Shown here: positions 1 to 11,722 of the stretch, in pieces
How positions within the stretch are numbered: position 1 is the stretch's first letter
Layout: every line of letters starts with the position of its first letter
Origin: Coniocarpon cinnabarinum
Taxonomy: Eukaryota
Assembly: GCA_051942205.1 (NCBI GenBank)
Contig: JAVECO010000042.1
Coordinates: 1 to 64,000, forward strand
Length of the DNA stretch: 64,000 bases
Direction of reading: 5' to 3'
Made by a program: the position numbers and the translations under genes
Notes under the pieces: generated by a model
Databases searched by the model: none
The model's input: only the letters and a program-made list of their open reading frames with translations
Told to the model about the DNA's origin: nothing

Positions 1-1550
1 CCCCCTCCCCCTCCACCGCTGTCGGCACCGCCGGCACCGCCAGCACCGCCATTGCCAAACCCATTGCTACTAGGTCCGCTTGTGTTCTCTCCCCAAACTT
101 CGTCATAAGAGCTTTGCTGCGTCGGCTGGCCTGACGACGACGCACTCCATGCATCGGCAGGGGCCTGCGGGGACTGATCGTCAGCCGCGTAGCCCTGAGG
201 CACTCCCCCGGTTTCGCCTGCAGCACCGCCCGCGGCACCTTCAGCGCCAGCTTCACCTCCTGCCGCTCCACCACCCATGGGGTAGGGGAACCATAGGGGC
301 AAGAAGCTGTCCACAGCGCCCCCGCGAGAACGACTAAAGTAGTCAAAGTCAATGCTTACTGCAGTTGCAAGCATCACAGCTCGCTGATCGAGTGTCATGC
401 CAAGCTTGTTGCTGGACGGCACGTCTCGACCCGTCTGTGAAATGATGTGGCCCGGTTCCGCAGCGAGGCCCGCTGAATCCATTCGCAGCGCGTATACACC
501 AGTGTCTGTGAAGAATTCACGTGCGAGACCAGCAAAGTTGCGGTTCACGGACCCAATTAGTTGCTGGTCTTCTGACTTCAAGGAAAAGTCCCACGACAAC
601 ATGGGTTCGTCAACGAATGCAAACTGTGCGAAGCCGAGATTTTCCTTTTCGGGTTCGGCTACTTGGATTGCTTTCTCGCTTGAAAGCGGTAAATCGCCAG
701 ACGTGATCTGTGGAGCATCCTTGTCCGCCGACGCATGATTAAGATCGCGGTGTAAAAAAAGGTTGTATTTCCTTCTCAATGGCGCCCAGGTTTGCTGCGC
801 CTCACCTATGACTCTCATATCTTGCAGGGGCATGGTCGATATTGAAGCGCCTCCTTGATTCGTCAACGAAGATGCGCTGGTGCCTGCCAATGCAGTGCTT
901 GTAGTCATGCCCGCAGTCCTCTCGTTGACCGCATCATATACTCGGATCTTGCTGTTGATCCACGAGAACGGCCGATGTAATCTCAGTACCTCGCGCTCGC
1001 TCTTGTCAAAAACATGCGTGGTGAAACTTCGATGCGTCCGAAATGTTTGTCTCGCAATCATATTACCCATGCCATGCTCCTGCTCAGCCAGGAAGCCAAT
1101 AACGTTGCCGCTCGCGTCATTGATCACGTATTTGTTAGCCTGCTCGAAACCTAGAAAGACGTTCATCATCTCAAGCTGCCGATGTATGATGATTGAGGAA
1201 TTGGCCAGAAGCGCCGTTGATGGATGGTCTGATGGGAGGACGCTTCGAGGATCCGGAGGGATGTGGACAGGTGCAAGGAGTTGCGCGGAATTCGTGGAGG
1301 TAGACTCAGCGAGCGCCACCGAGACGGACGGCCTGCGTATTTTCTTGGTCGTCGCATTTTGATGCCTTGCAGAAGGCTGGGAAGGTCCGCGGGGAGGGTG
1401 AGGTCGCGGTATCTGTCGTGCATACCCCGCTGCACGCCCACTAGTGTTATATTTCGCGGCTTGCTTAGACTTTAAGCAGTCCGTCGTTGCTGAGAAACAT
1501 CTGACCTGCGCTGAGCGTGAGAAAGCCACGTACCTGAGCAGTGGCTTCAT
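1..1550 (-). CDS. AIM25: Phospholipid scramblase family protein (Aim25-like, mitochondrial); 3' end beyond the window
   Basis: Manual minus-strand translation from ATG 1550 stays open to the window edge, so it is absent from the ORF track. Basic presequence-like start MKPLLRYVAFSRSAQVRCFS, then RQLEMMNVFLGFEQANKY, FRTHRSFTTHVFD, WAPLRRKYNLF, LIGSVNRNFAGLAREFFTDTGVY, MTLDQRAVMLATAVSIDFDYFSR and a Gly-rich tail. Confidence 0.9.
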   Translation of the reverse strand, partial: MKPLLRYVAFSRSAQVRCFSATTDCLKSKQAAKYNTSGRAAGYARQIPRPHPPRGPSQPSARHQNATTKKIRRPSVSVALAESTSTNSAQLLAPVHIPPDPRSVLPSDHPSTALLANSSIIIHRQLEMMNVFLGFEQANKYVINDASGNVIGFLAEQEHGMGNMIARQTFRTHRSFTTHVFDKSEREVLRLHRPFSWINSKIRVYDAVNERTAGMTTSTALAGTSASSLTNQGGASISTMPLQDMRVIGEAQQTWAPLRRKYNLFLHRDLNHASADKDAPQITSGDLPLSSEKAIQVAEPEKENLGFAQFAFVDEPMLSWDFSLKSEDQQLIGSVNRNFAGLAREFFTDTGVYALRMDSAGLAAEPGHIISQTGRDVPSSNKLGMTLDQRAVMLATAVSIDFDYFSRSRGGAVDSFLPLWFPYPMGGGAAGGEAGAEGAAGGAAGETGGVPQGYAADDQSPQAPADAWSASSSGQPTQQSSYDEVWGENTSGPSSNGFGNGGAGGAGGADSGGGGG

Positions 1551-1720
1551 GGCGGATGTTCGTTCGAATAGCATGGTAGTAGCCAGTAGCACGACAGCGA
1601 TGCCATCATGCTTAATAGATATGCTTGCGACGCTAGAAAGCAAATGTATCGATATTATTGGAAAAATCAAGACACAAGGAATGTAGGTAGCCTCTTCGTG
1701 GTCGCATTCCTTGCATACTG

Positions 1721-1960
1721 TTATCTCAACTCCTTGCTTCTCGACTGCAACATCTGCCGCAAGTTGACCGGAGCCATCTCGACTGAGACATCACCACCGA
1801 GAACTCGAAACATGATCGGCTGGGGAATTTGATTGCTCGAGCCTGCGGAATATGGGCTTTCTTTGCCGCTCGTCTGCGCTTCAAGGTCTCGCCTACGTCG
1901 TCTATCAGTGTGGTTTCGACTCCTATGCGAGTCTTTGTGACGCTTTCGATGAGCATGCAT
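1721..1960 (-). CDS. Possible small basic hypothetical protein (79 aa)
   Basis: MHAHRKRHKDSHRSRNHTDRRRRRDLEAQ... within ORF 1721..2170; no recognisable domain. Confidence 0.25.
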   Translation of the reverse strand: MHAHRKRHKDSHRSRNHTDRRRRRDLEAQTSGKESPYSAGSSNQIPQPIMFRVLGGDVSVEMAPVNLRQMLQSRSKELR

Positions 1961-2853
1961 CTTGTTGACGGTGTGCTTTGGGAATACTAAATTCACGCTA
2001 GCTGGAGACCACACGAGTCTTGCTGAAACTTTGTCGAGGAACAGAACAACGAGCAACACCCTAGTGGCCACGAAAGATGGCAATACGGTGCTGAGTAATC
2101 CGAGCATCACACTATCGACCAAGAATATGTCGTAAGGCAAGTACGTACATCGTCGACGAGAGAGGCGCATGTCAAAGCATTGCTACACACACTTCTTTTC
2201 AATGGGACTACCTGTAGGGGGTTTGCTATGCTGCTTTGACGGCATGATGTGAAATATTAGGCCGTTGAAATTTTCCTTGCAAAAGGAATTCTCACGACAT
2301 GAGGTCTCAGACTGTCTATGTCATACAGTCTCACCACAAATTCGCTTCGACGTTCCTCAGATTGCATACGCGTGCCCCAGATGAGCGCCCCGAACAGCCC
2401 CAGCTTGCCCTGAAGTAAACCCTAAGAACACCCCTAAACAGCCCTGAAATACGCCTCGATCAGCGCCCCAGAGAGCGCCCCCAAAGAGTGAAGCGCCCAA
2501 TACGATTATCGATTGATATCGACGTTCGTCCAGTCCTCCAATAGATAGACCAGCATACTAGAGACTTTGTCTTCCACGACGTAGAAGATCAGAAGGCAAA
2601 TGAAAATTGGAATCGCGGTTAAATAGCGTTGAAAGATCGTATAGAGAACCGTTTGACTAGCATTTATCGTCACAATTTCTAATGTCGAAAAGGAAAACCG
2701 AACTCAAAATTTACGCAACATGACCCGAGGTCCTTGAGATGAAAATGAAGATAACTCCAAGCTTGAGCCGGCAGTACAGAGACAGTGGGTAGTGCAGCAG
2801 AGGTCAATCGTTTTGAATATCTGTCGATCACTCCGCCACCAATCTTGAAAGCC

Positions 2854-4470
2854 ATGAACCGCCTCTATGCCCTCTTCAACTTCAGTCCATCCATCCAAGT
2901 CGATCAAAAGCCCAACCCCCGCCGTCCACAAAACACCAACCTCTACGCCCGTCCGCTTCCCCTCCAAATCCACCCTCTGCCCCCATACTCCCCCTCGAAT
3001 CCCCTCTCCCTCCTCCATCTCCTGTACCACCTCCTCCTCCCTTACTTCAAAACCCTAACATCCCATCCCCAAATCCACAAAAGCTACTACTCCCCGCTCA
3101 CGCGCTCTATCCATGTCACGAACCCCGAATCTGTTCGCGCACTTTGGGAACAGGGATTCTTTGGAAAGGGAAGTCTGAGTCGGAGTGAGCCGGAGTGGAT
3201 GGAGAGGGAAAGGAAGAGGAGGGAGGGCGAGAATGGGAGGACGGCGGGGGAGGTCACGAGGAGACGGAGGGAGGAAAGACGAAAAGTCAAGAGGGAAAGG
3301 GCGAGGGTTGAGAGGGAGGAGCTGGAGGCTACTTTGAGGGCGGAGGGGAAGTTGGGAGTGGATGTGAGAGAAGTGGATGGTGCTGATGTGAATGAGGGGG
3401 TGGAAGGTGCTAATGGTGATGCTGTGGCGATCGACGCCAGTATAAAGACCAGGGCGGCAGATGCGCCTGAGATTGCCTCTCCTGTTGAATCAACAGCAAA
3501 TGCAGCCACACCGCCGCCCATCCTTCAGAATCAGGAACACCTCCAACTCACACCACACGAAGCCCTCTATCTCAAGTATACCCTCGGCGTGCTTGACATC
3601 TATCCACCACCATCCAATATCTTACCACAAACCACCACAGCCGACAATACTCCCACCATACCCACGTCAAACACATTCCACGACACTCACAAACCCATTC
3701 ACAAGTCCGATAAACCCCTATCAACCACCGATTTCCTCAGACTTCTCCGACGCACCTCCATCTTCCCACCGCTCACTTCATCTGATCCAACTCCACCCGA
3801 CGACTCCTTCATAACCTCTTACATCGTATACCACCACTTCCGCACACTCGGCTGGGTCGTCCGACCCGGTCAGAAATTCGCATGCGACTTTTTGTTATAC
3901 GCAAGAGGACCTGTCTTCGCGCACGCGGAATTTGCAGTCGTGATATTACCTTCCTACTCGCGATGGAGCAACGAGCGCAGCGAGTCCGACGAGTCCGACG
4001 AGCATGACGAGCATGACGAGCATGACGAGTGTGATACTTGTTGCAAGTCCAAAGCAGGCGGCGAGCCACACGAGTCTCCTTCATCCACTCCACGTCAAGA
4101 CGAGACGCACGACGCCAATAATACGAGTCAAAACGAGCAACACGCACGCAATCAGGAGTCGACTCAAGTCCCTTCAGCCATAACCAGCAACGCCTTGCGA
4201 GACGACGCAACTGCGAAACCCAGGAGACATGTCAAGCAAGGGGAGATCGAGAAACGGAAATGGGGTGAAAGGGGCGAATGGTGGCACCTCCACGCGCTCT
4301 CCCGGGTCCAAACCCAAGTCATGAAAAGTCTAGTCCTGTGCTACGTCGATATCCCGACGCCTGAGGAAGTTGACGAGGTCGGACAAGAAGACGTCGGTGG
4401 ATTATTAAGATTATATCATGTAAGGGAGTTTGTGGTGAGGAGGTGGGTCATGAATCGGAGTCGGGATTGA
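2854..4470 (+). CDS. SEN2: tRNA-splicing endonuclease catalytic subunit Sen2
   Basis: LWEQGFFGKGSLSRSEPEW, EHLQLTPHEALYL, YHHFRTLGWVVRPGQKFACDFLLYARGPVFAHAEF (catalytic Tyr/His) and VMKSLVLCYV (catalytic Lys). First in-frame ATG is 2854. Confidence 0.93.
   Translation: MNRLYALFNFSPSIQVDQKPNPRRPQNTNLYARPLPLQIHPLPPYSPSNPLSLLHLLYHLLLPYFKTLTSHPQIHKSYYSPLTRSIHVTNPESVRALWEQGFFGKGSLSRSEPEWMERERKRREGENGRTAGEVTRRRREERRKVKRERARVEREELEATLRAEGKLGVDVREVDGADVNEGVEGANGDAVAIDASIKTRAADAPEIASPVESTANAATPPPILQNQEHLQLTPHEALYLKYTLGVLDIYPPPSNILPQTTTADNTPTIPTSNTFHDTHKPIHKSDKPLSTTDFLRLLRRTSIFPPLTSSDPTPPDDSFITSYIVYHHFRTLGWVVRPGQKFACDFLLYARGPVFAHAEFAVVILPSYSRWSNERSESDESDEHDEHDEHDECDTCCKSKAGGEPHESPSSTPRQDETHDANNTSQNEQHARNQESTQVPSAITSNALRDDATAKPRRHVKQGEIEKRKWGERGEWWHLHALSRVQTQVMKSLVLCYVDIPTPEEVDEVGQEDVGGLLRLYHVREFVVRRWVMNRSRD
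3982..4035 (+). repeat. 9-bp coding tandem repeat (GAGTCCGAC/GAGCATGAC) x6 in SEN2
   Basis: Encodes ESD-ESD-EHD-EHD-EHD-ECD. Confidence 0.85.
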
Positions 4471-4884
4471 GAGTACTCCATTCACTGGGAGAGTGGTTGG
4501 GAGAAGGTGCTACGAATTGATGAATCAAGGGATTGATGAAGACGATAGTATTCTTGCGGATGATGTTGGGATTGAATCTCGCCGCCTTTCGTAACATGGG
4601 GTAGCGTGAAGACTTTCATAAGAAGAGCGGTCAGAAGTCTAACATGATTGCACTGAACAAGGCAGAGAGTACAAAGATTAGGAAGAGTGAGAATATTCCA
4701 CACATGTTCATGTCACTGTACACTATGAAGAGCGTGTGTACAATTTAACGCCATCGATAATACCTTCGCACGTTCAGCAATCTCATGTTCAGCGGGGTCG
4801 TCATGTGCATCCTTCGAAGTAGACAAGATCCGTGACGAAGGTCGAATATCAACGCCTATCCAGTCTCATGGGGCTCACGTCATC

Positions 4885-6477
4885 CTAAAACGCTTCGCCC
4901 AGACGCGGAGCACCACCTTGCCAGTCATAACGCTCAAAGTGCCTGAAGATGAGGTCGTATCCGTCCAGGTCGTGCACGACTCGGTCAACGCGACGGTATC
5001 CCTTGATCACGTCCATTTGTTGCACTTTGCGTTCTGCAGGGCGTACTTCGCGTTCTGGCTTCGCTTCGAACAGCGTTACGCTGAAGCGGCCGGGTTTGAA
5101 AATATTGACAACTTGCTCGACGATCTCCGCAGTTTGGCGGCCTGATTGATTCGATGGCACATTGGTCTCGAATGAGGCGTAGGAGCATTGAGGTTCAGGC
5201 GTGACGTGGACAGTGAAGTAGTGTGTCGAGATTTGCTTGGTAGCAGGCTGAGGATTCGAGGAGGCTGCTGAAGTACCAGTCGCAGGTGACGGCGCCGGAA
5301 TGACACCGTTCGCTGAAAAGCCGCAGGGATTGAACAAGTATGCGTCGATGCGAGCATCTGGGTAGAAGTGCTTCGGGTAGACATCAGCCAGCCCACAAGT
5401 GTCAGAGACCACGGACCCAAGGGCATGGCCCTCTGTGGAGAGCTCTTCTGGAACGCTCGAGTTTGCACCGCCACGGTCATGTGTCGGAGTGAAAACGTCA
5501 TCCACGCCGTCAATGTCATCAACGTCTGTGACGATGGGTTTGTCCTCGCTGTCATCGAGATCTCCGAGTGCATCTGCCGACTCCTGACGAGCCTTGCTAA
5601 GGTCTTCAAAATATTTCGACTCTGCGACCGCACTCGCAGAGTCTAGATAAAATTGCTTGGCGTTGTCTTCGTCCAGATCCGTCATCAGAATCTCTAGAGT
5701 TTCGTCCTGAGGTTGAATTTCGCCTTTCAAAACATTCATCAACGGCGCAGCGCCACCGTTCGGGACCTCCAACATCTTTGTCTCAGTTTCAGCATGATAT
5801 TTCTCTTCTTCAGGAGTCAAGGGAGGAGTCAGCTCCTTCATTGGCTCCGTGATATACAAATACCAATGCTCCCCGTTCATCTTGCCAATCATGTAAGCAC
5901 TGCCACGCCGGAAAATGCCGTCGAGCGCCCGAACTTCGTCACGCCAACTGCGATGGGGTCCACGTTGCTGTTGTGGATAGAGGAAGTTCTTTCGACTATA
6001 GAAGACTTGATGGGTTGCTGCCGCTGCGCTCAAGTTCTTCTGATGACAAGCTGGAGAATGTGGAAAGCCGGCGCAAAGAGCAGCAATCTCAAGTACTTTG
6101 GGAATCCCGAGTAGGAGCGTAGTAGTGCCACAGGTCTTCAACACAAGCTTGTGCGGATAGACAAACATGCTAGATTCAGACAGCAGATAGGCATCTACTT
6201 CGTCTGATTCTATGACCGAGAGGACCTTACAATGCACCATGTCAAGCATCTCGGTCCAAGCCGATGCTGGGACACTTTTCAGGCCGGATGGACATGCTGG
6301 CGGAGGCAATGACGCCCCAGAAGGGGCGAACCAGACCTCCAAAAGCTTCTCAGGGCCTTCGAATGCATTGCTGGAGTCTACATCCACAGCAGCATCGCGA
6401 TTGATGGTGAGATGAGGAGTTCCAGAGAAGGATGACGGTGAAGCAGTGTAATGCTTGGGTATGGAGGTAGCAAACAT
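4885..6477 (-). CDS. SPE2: S-adenosylmethionine decarboxylase proenzyme
   Basis: AFEGPEKLLEVWF, pyruvoyl cleavage site YLLSE/SSMFV, LKTCGTT, FNPCGFSANG, HVTPEPQCSYASFETN. ATG at 6477 (the ORF track starts at the preceding GTG). Confidence 0.96.
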   Translation of the reverse strand: MFATSIPKHYTASPSSFSGTPHLTINRDAAVDVDSSNAFEGPEKLLEVWFAPSGASLPPPACPSGLKSVPASAWTEMLDMVHCKVLSVIESDEVDAYLLSESSMFVYPHKLVLKTCGTTTLLLGIPKVLEIAALCAGFPHSPACHQKNLSAAAATHQVFYSRKNFLYPQQQRGPHRSWRDEVRALDGIFRRGSAYMIGKMNGEHWYLYITEPMKELTPPLTPEEEKYHAETETKMLEVPNGGAAPLMNVLKGEIQPQDETLEILMTDLDEDNAKQFYLDSASAVAESKYFEDLSKARQESADALGDLDDSEDKPIVTDVDDIDGVDDVFTPTHDRGGANSSVPEELSTEGHALGSVVSDTCGLADVYPKHFYPDARIDAYLFNPCGFSANGVIPAPSPATGTSAASSNPQPATKQISTHYFTVHVTPEPQCSYASFETNVPSNQSGRQTAEIVEQVVNIFKPGRFSVTLFEAKPEREVRPAERKVQQMDVIKGYRRVDRVVHDLDGYDLIFRHFERYDWQGGAPRLGEAF

Positions 6478-7260
6478 CACTCAGAAAATCCAATGGGAAG
6501 ACGGTGATACCCAGAGGCTGCTTGAACGTTTGTGTAGTGGAGCTCCGCACTCTGCGAGGAGCAGCCCAGACGAACAATGCGGTGCTCGTCCGGGAGGCTG
6601 TTCTGCGGGGCTCAAGGAGGCTGGCTTACGCCAGCAGCAATAGGTGTATGATCCGAGTTCCGTTTCCAGCAGTGTCAAGGAGGTCGAGCAGACAGGGGAA
6701 TGTAGAAAGCCTTTTTGCACGGAATGATGGGCAAAAAGATAATCTCAGGAGTTTGACAAGCTCGACACTCGTGGAAAGTACCGAGATGTAGTAAAGTTGA
6801 GCAAGCCTTGCTGTTGCAACAAGATCAAGTAGAAGGTGCAGATGATTCTAAAGGCAGCAAGAAGCTCGTGTTATCTTGGTCTAGACAGCGGGTTAGTATG
6901 CAGGATCACAAATGTGCAGAGCGAAGTGAAATGCGAATCCTCAAAATCTCCTCATGCTGGTGGGTTGACTCACTTCTTCGGTTTTGCGAGGAAACGTAGG
7001 AGATCTTCTGGACGCATTGAAAGGCGTGCACCAAGTCGCTGTACGCTACGCTGAAGAAGCGTAGCCCTGATTCAACCTTGTGGCTTGGTCGAGGAGCCGG
7101 GCAGTATGATTGCGCAACACTTTGTAGGCAAGCGCAACCTTACCAGGTCGATGTGCCTGTGTTTAAGGGGAGGTGGATGTTGTGTAGACGTTTGCCACTG
7201 AAGAAGGTAGGTATTGTTGATTGCGATGTGAGATTGCCAGAGGGCAATGGGACGCTTGAA
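6477..7260 (-). promoter_or_regulatory. Long, probably spliced 5' leader of SPE2 with candidate uORFs
   Basis: Intron-like GTGAGT(6973)...CTAAC...TAG(6881); AUG uORF at 7017; a second frame ending HYTNVQAASGYHRLPIGFSE* whose TGA overlaps the SPE2 ATG. Confidence 0.5.
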
Positions 7261-7615
7261 GGCGAAAAAGAAAAAGAAGCTTGAACAGAGAGCTGTCTTG
7301 TAAAAAATTTTGTGCGCCCGGCGTGGAAGGCAACAGTCGGCGGAATTTCGCGCCATTAGGATAGTTTGGGGAGGATACCCTATATTTGGGGGTATGGCCG
7401 CCAAAATCAGGGGGTTTTGGGGGCGCTGCCTTGGGGCTTTGATGGGCCCCTGCGTCTTCGACGATCCCCCTATGCTCAAGATGATTCTCAGCTTGCATTG
7501 ATCTCGTTCACTCATCACACCTCTAGCAGCCCGAGGATCCAGATCAGCGGCATTCGTGGCTCATTAAATTTCGCTGATCTGATCGCCACAAGCCGGCATT
7601 CTTTAGATGAAGTAC

Positions 7616-10555
7616 TCATACATCTCGCACCATGCCACCACCATTTCCATTTCTTTGGGCTTGATTGCTCCTCAAGTTCAATCGACCAAAGCCTTGGACT
7701 AGTGTGCTGCCTACCGCGTCTACTGCTCCTCGAGGTGCTAATAGCGACGGGCCTTGCATTGCCGCCTCTTGCACTCTGAAGAGCTTGATCTGCGTGCCCT
7801 TCCAGATTCCCGCCGCACCTTTAAACATGGCAACCTCACTCGAGAAAACGAAGCCCCACAACAGGCTCTCGTACCAGCCCAGTGAAAGTGGCGACCACTC
7901 GAACAGGTGCACGCGCATCGGTGCCGCGTCTAACCCTTGAAGTTGAGTCTGCCGAATCACGGCAAGCGCTGGACCAGATGTGCTGGATGAGCCTTGCGGT
8001 GGCAGGAGGGGTGTCAGCTGTTCGATGAGGGTTATAATCGTGTGCAGTGGCAACTCGGCAAGCCAGCTCTCCACCCACGCTTCCGTGGGCTCAAAGTTGC
8101 CATTTGGTGCACTGGGCGTCATTGCTAGACTGCTGAGACTGGTGCTGCTGCCGTTGCGCGAGAACGAGTTGTGACCGGCTGGAAGTTTGCCTCGTGCTTT
8201 CTCCGACATTCCACGCAATTGCGTCGGTACCGCGTCGTCTACCGAGCTTGCTATTGACGCTGCTCTGGATGGCGTATCTGAATGCACGGATGACCGTGAT
8301 GGGACTTCAGCAAGATCCTGCCCTTCAGTCTCAGACTCCGAGTCTTCTCCAATGGCAAAGGCATCCTCGTTCTCGGGCACGTCACTTAGCGTAGGCTTTC
8401 TTGCTGTGATTGGACTCCGCATATTATCCCCTAGCCCCCGCGTAGGACTACTGAGAGTGGCTGGGTCATTTAGACGCTCCTTGCGCTTGCGAGCATATCG
8501 ATCTAATTCGTCTGTGGCGCCGTTCTGAACAAACTCTCGCACGGCGTAGAAACGCTTTTGCGAGCGCAAAATCGCGAAGACAAATGAAGCATTTTCTTGT
8601 TGATAGTGTGAGCTCCTCGATTGTCCTCGGTATGGAATGTTACTTACTCTCATATTGGTATTCAATGACGGCATTCAAGGCCTCCAGCAGTGACTTCAAA
8701 AGTTCGTGGTTGGTCTCGTTTGCAAACAGAAAGTCGGGGGAGGACATGATAGCGAATAGCTGCATCAACTTCAAGCTGGCAGTAGGGCTGAGATCCTCGG
8801 CGTGAGGAGCAATGTTATTGATGACAGCAAGAAGCGCTGGGTATATGGCGTCTAGCTTTCCTGCGCTGCCAGTAATGAGAACGTGTATCGACTGAAAATA
8901 GTCAGCGCCTTTCAAATAGCATCGTCGTTCGTTTCCCACTCACTATCAGTAAGAAGTCGGCGTAAGATCCGCGAAAATTTGGGATACGTATGCTGGTTGG
9001 AAGAGAGTCTTGACCTCGAAACGGCTTGTTAAGTCGGGCGCCGAATGTAGGCTCCACGCTCAATGTCTGCAGAACGAAGACACACATCCTCACGATACCT
9101 TGTTGCGCGACGTCATTCCTATGCTGAAGTGCATAGAAGAGTACCAAAACCACGAAGTCGTGAGCACGGTCTGTGTCAACGATAAACGAGCGGAAGCGCT
9201 TGTTGCACTGTAAGACTTCCCAGAAAAGCATGATCATCTCGGGCGCCCAGAATAGCTCCTTCTGGCTGCCGGGCAGGTATGATGAATTTGCTTGCAACTT
9301 GATAGCCTTAGCTTTGTTTCAAAGGAGGCAAAAAACATTCAGCACGAAGCTTACCGGTTGATTGAGCACGCGTGTCATGCCATCGACAAGGAACTGGAAG
9401 TCTTGAGGCCGATGGAGTTTTCCGAGGAAATGTCTGAAGTTGTTCTTGGGCGGAATGCCTTCATCGGACTCTGGAACGGGATACAGCACCAAAACTAAAA
9501 GCAGCTGTAGACAGTATGTGACAAAAGTTTGCTGTGAGTCCTTGAGCACGACGTGATCGTAAGGTACATGCCATGTCATTGGACTATATTTCAGAGTCTG
9601 CGTTTATCAGCTGTCTGCGGAGCATCTTGCAGAATTGAAGAAGTACCGTGTTTAGCAGGGAGCAAAGCATTGTCAGGACAAGCTGCTTATTGGGGAGGGT
9701 CGTTAGGTACGTGATGGCTTTCACACCTTGAACAGGGAGCACATCTGGCAGCGTCAACACAAGTCTCCAGTAGCTGACATCTGAGGAGCGTCCTACTTGC
9801 TGGCGTGTACATAGACTTGCTGCATATCGTCAAAAGTAGCCGAAGCACCTCCATGCGGTTATTTTCAAGCTCTCGGGATGTACCTATGGCGCTGTTGCAA
9901 CCAACGCCGCTCTGCCAGATGGAAAGATGCACTTGCTCATGCTTGCCAGACACTCTTGGTAAAGTGAAGTCCGTGAAGAAGAGGCAATCGACAAGTGTGT
10001 TAAGAAGCTCTTCCGCCAATGGCTTCACATCCTCGAATTGCGGTTCGTCCTCAAGTGGCGTGCGACTGCCATTCTCGCCGTCGAACACAACTTCGTCTCT
10101 TCCGCTTTGCTGGCGTATGCGCCTGCGACGGGGTGTCCAAAAGAATTGTTCTTCCCATCGTTCGAACTTCTCTGACTCAAAGATAAATGGTAGGAGCCGT
10201 GTCAAGATTCTGATACAGTTGAGCGCATCGTTTGCAGGCGCTAGCTCGGAATGAGGGAATGAGGGGTGGTTGCGAAGAGCGAAGAGACGCGAGCTAACGG
10301 CGAGGATAAGTGTTTCAAAATTGCCTAGTGATTCGTCTCTAATTCGACGGATGTCGGCGGGGGAGAAGAGGGAAAAGATGTCGTCCACAGACTCAGGAAG
10401 CTCCCAAAACTAGCATTGATTAGTGAGAGATCATTGTCAAAACCACTGACGAAGCCTACATTTGTCCAGTAGTTGTCGTCCGCGGGGATATCTTTTTGCT
10501 CGCTGAGTTTGAAGATACCTTGCTTGAAGACAAGCTTGGAGTCAGAAGCGCCCAT
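7616..10555 (-). CDS. HID1: HID1/Ecm30 family Golgi-associated protein (multi-exon)
   Basis: Myristoylation-like start MGASDSKLVFKQGIFKL; DDIFSLFSPADIRRIRD, IWQSGVGC, FWEVLQCNKRF, WVESWLAELPLHT, FEWSPLSLGWYESLLWG, GIWKGTQIKLFRV spread over several exons. Confidence 0.9.
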
Positions 10556-10880
10556 TGCCGTTCGGCATACCCTGAGCAAAAGGCAAACACGATTCCGGCA
10601 GTCTCATTAGCAGCGCCTAAATCATATGCCAGTCGTTCATTGCGCAAGATGCGAAGACGTCTTAGGGATGTTTGTCTGGTTCAAAGCATTTCAGGCTGGC
10701 GTAGCAACCGCTTTCGGCTCAGAGACCCCGAATACGATAACGTGAACGTGTGCGGTCAGTAAATACAAATGAAACGGTCTCAACAGATGTGTATTCCGCA
10801 CATGATATTCACAGCGAGAATACAAGGGTATCGCTTCCTCTATATCTACAAAGATGTCGAATGGACTGCTTGCATGCACA

Positions 10881-11722
10881 TTAGAGGTATGAGCTCTTCA
10901 TTGACTGAGGACTACCTCTGCCTCTATCATACAGCCACCGATTGTTCAAGCTCACGCTCGCGTTCCTCGCTGACACCTGACTGGCTGTGCTCAGTCCTAG
11001 TGGCCCAGGCGACGGGCTTGCTCCTCCATTCAAGCCCAGCAACGGCGAAGGAGACCCTTGACTTAACCGCCTATGCAGATCCCGATTCATTGCCTTCTGA
11101 AATAACGGGCTCGCGGATGGTGAGTTGCCAGTTGCTGTCGCGCCGTACCCGCTCAAGGGTGACTCTGAGTATGGAGACCCTGAAACACCCCGACTCCTTG
11201 GTGTTGTCGATCTTGAGTACCTCGGTGGTGTGATATAATGTGATCCAGGCGTGGCCGGTTTTGACGTAGGACCCAACCCCAGTAGCCCCCGTTGAGTAGG
11301 TGTTAGCGGAATATCGGATAGGTCATCTTTACCCCGATACCAAGGCCACATCGCAACGAAGATGTTATACGTGGCCAGTGCTCTAAGCAGCCAAAGCGCG
11401 TATTCTACGAATGGCTGGCAATATTCGATGAGTCGTTTTAATACGGAACTGCAACCTTGTAAGCACTGAATTCAAGAGTATTGCTTGTAGGGACGCACAG
11501 CGGCCACACGCTTAAAACGGCGTATATTGTGAACGTGAAAAGAGCAAGCACGACGTTGCTGATGAGCGACTTCACTTGTCGCTCACCAAAAGTAGATCTG
11601 CTCAGGCGTCGATTGATCTCATCTAGGCGTGGATGTTCCCATGATCCCGTGGGAGCGTTGGAAACAACAGTCTGCGGCGCTGGGGTAGAAGGTGTCGCTG
11701 TTGCAGTAGTACTTAAAGACAT
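10881..11722 (-). CDS. POM34: Nuclear pore membrane protein, Pom34/NPCC family (2 exons)
   Basis: PTGSWEHPRLDEINRR, two hydrophobic helices, KDDLSDIPLTPTQRGLLGL, YITPPRYSRS, S/P-rich tail ending LNNRWLYDRGR. Confidence 0.8.

Noticed and set aside
1680..1720. CKECDHEEATY Zn-ribbon-like peptide on the minus strand
   Set aside because: Only one CxxC, with no supporting start or second Cys pair.
2383..2500. Repeated GCGCCC/AGCCCC words between AIM25 and SEN2
   Set aside because: Irregular spacing and low complexity; no defined unit and not CRISPR-like or telomeric.
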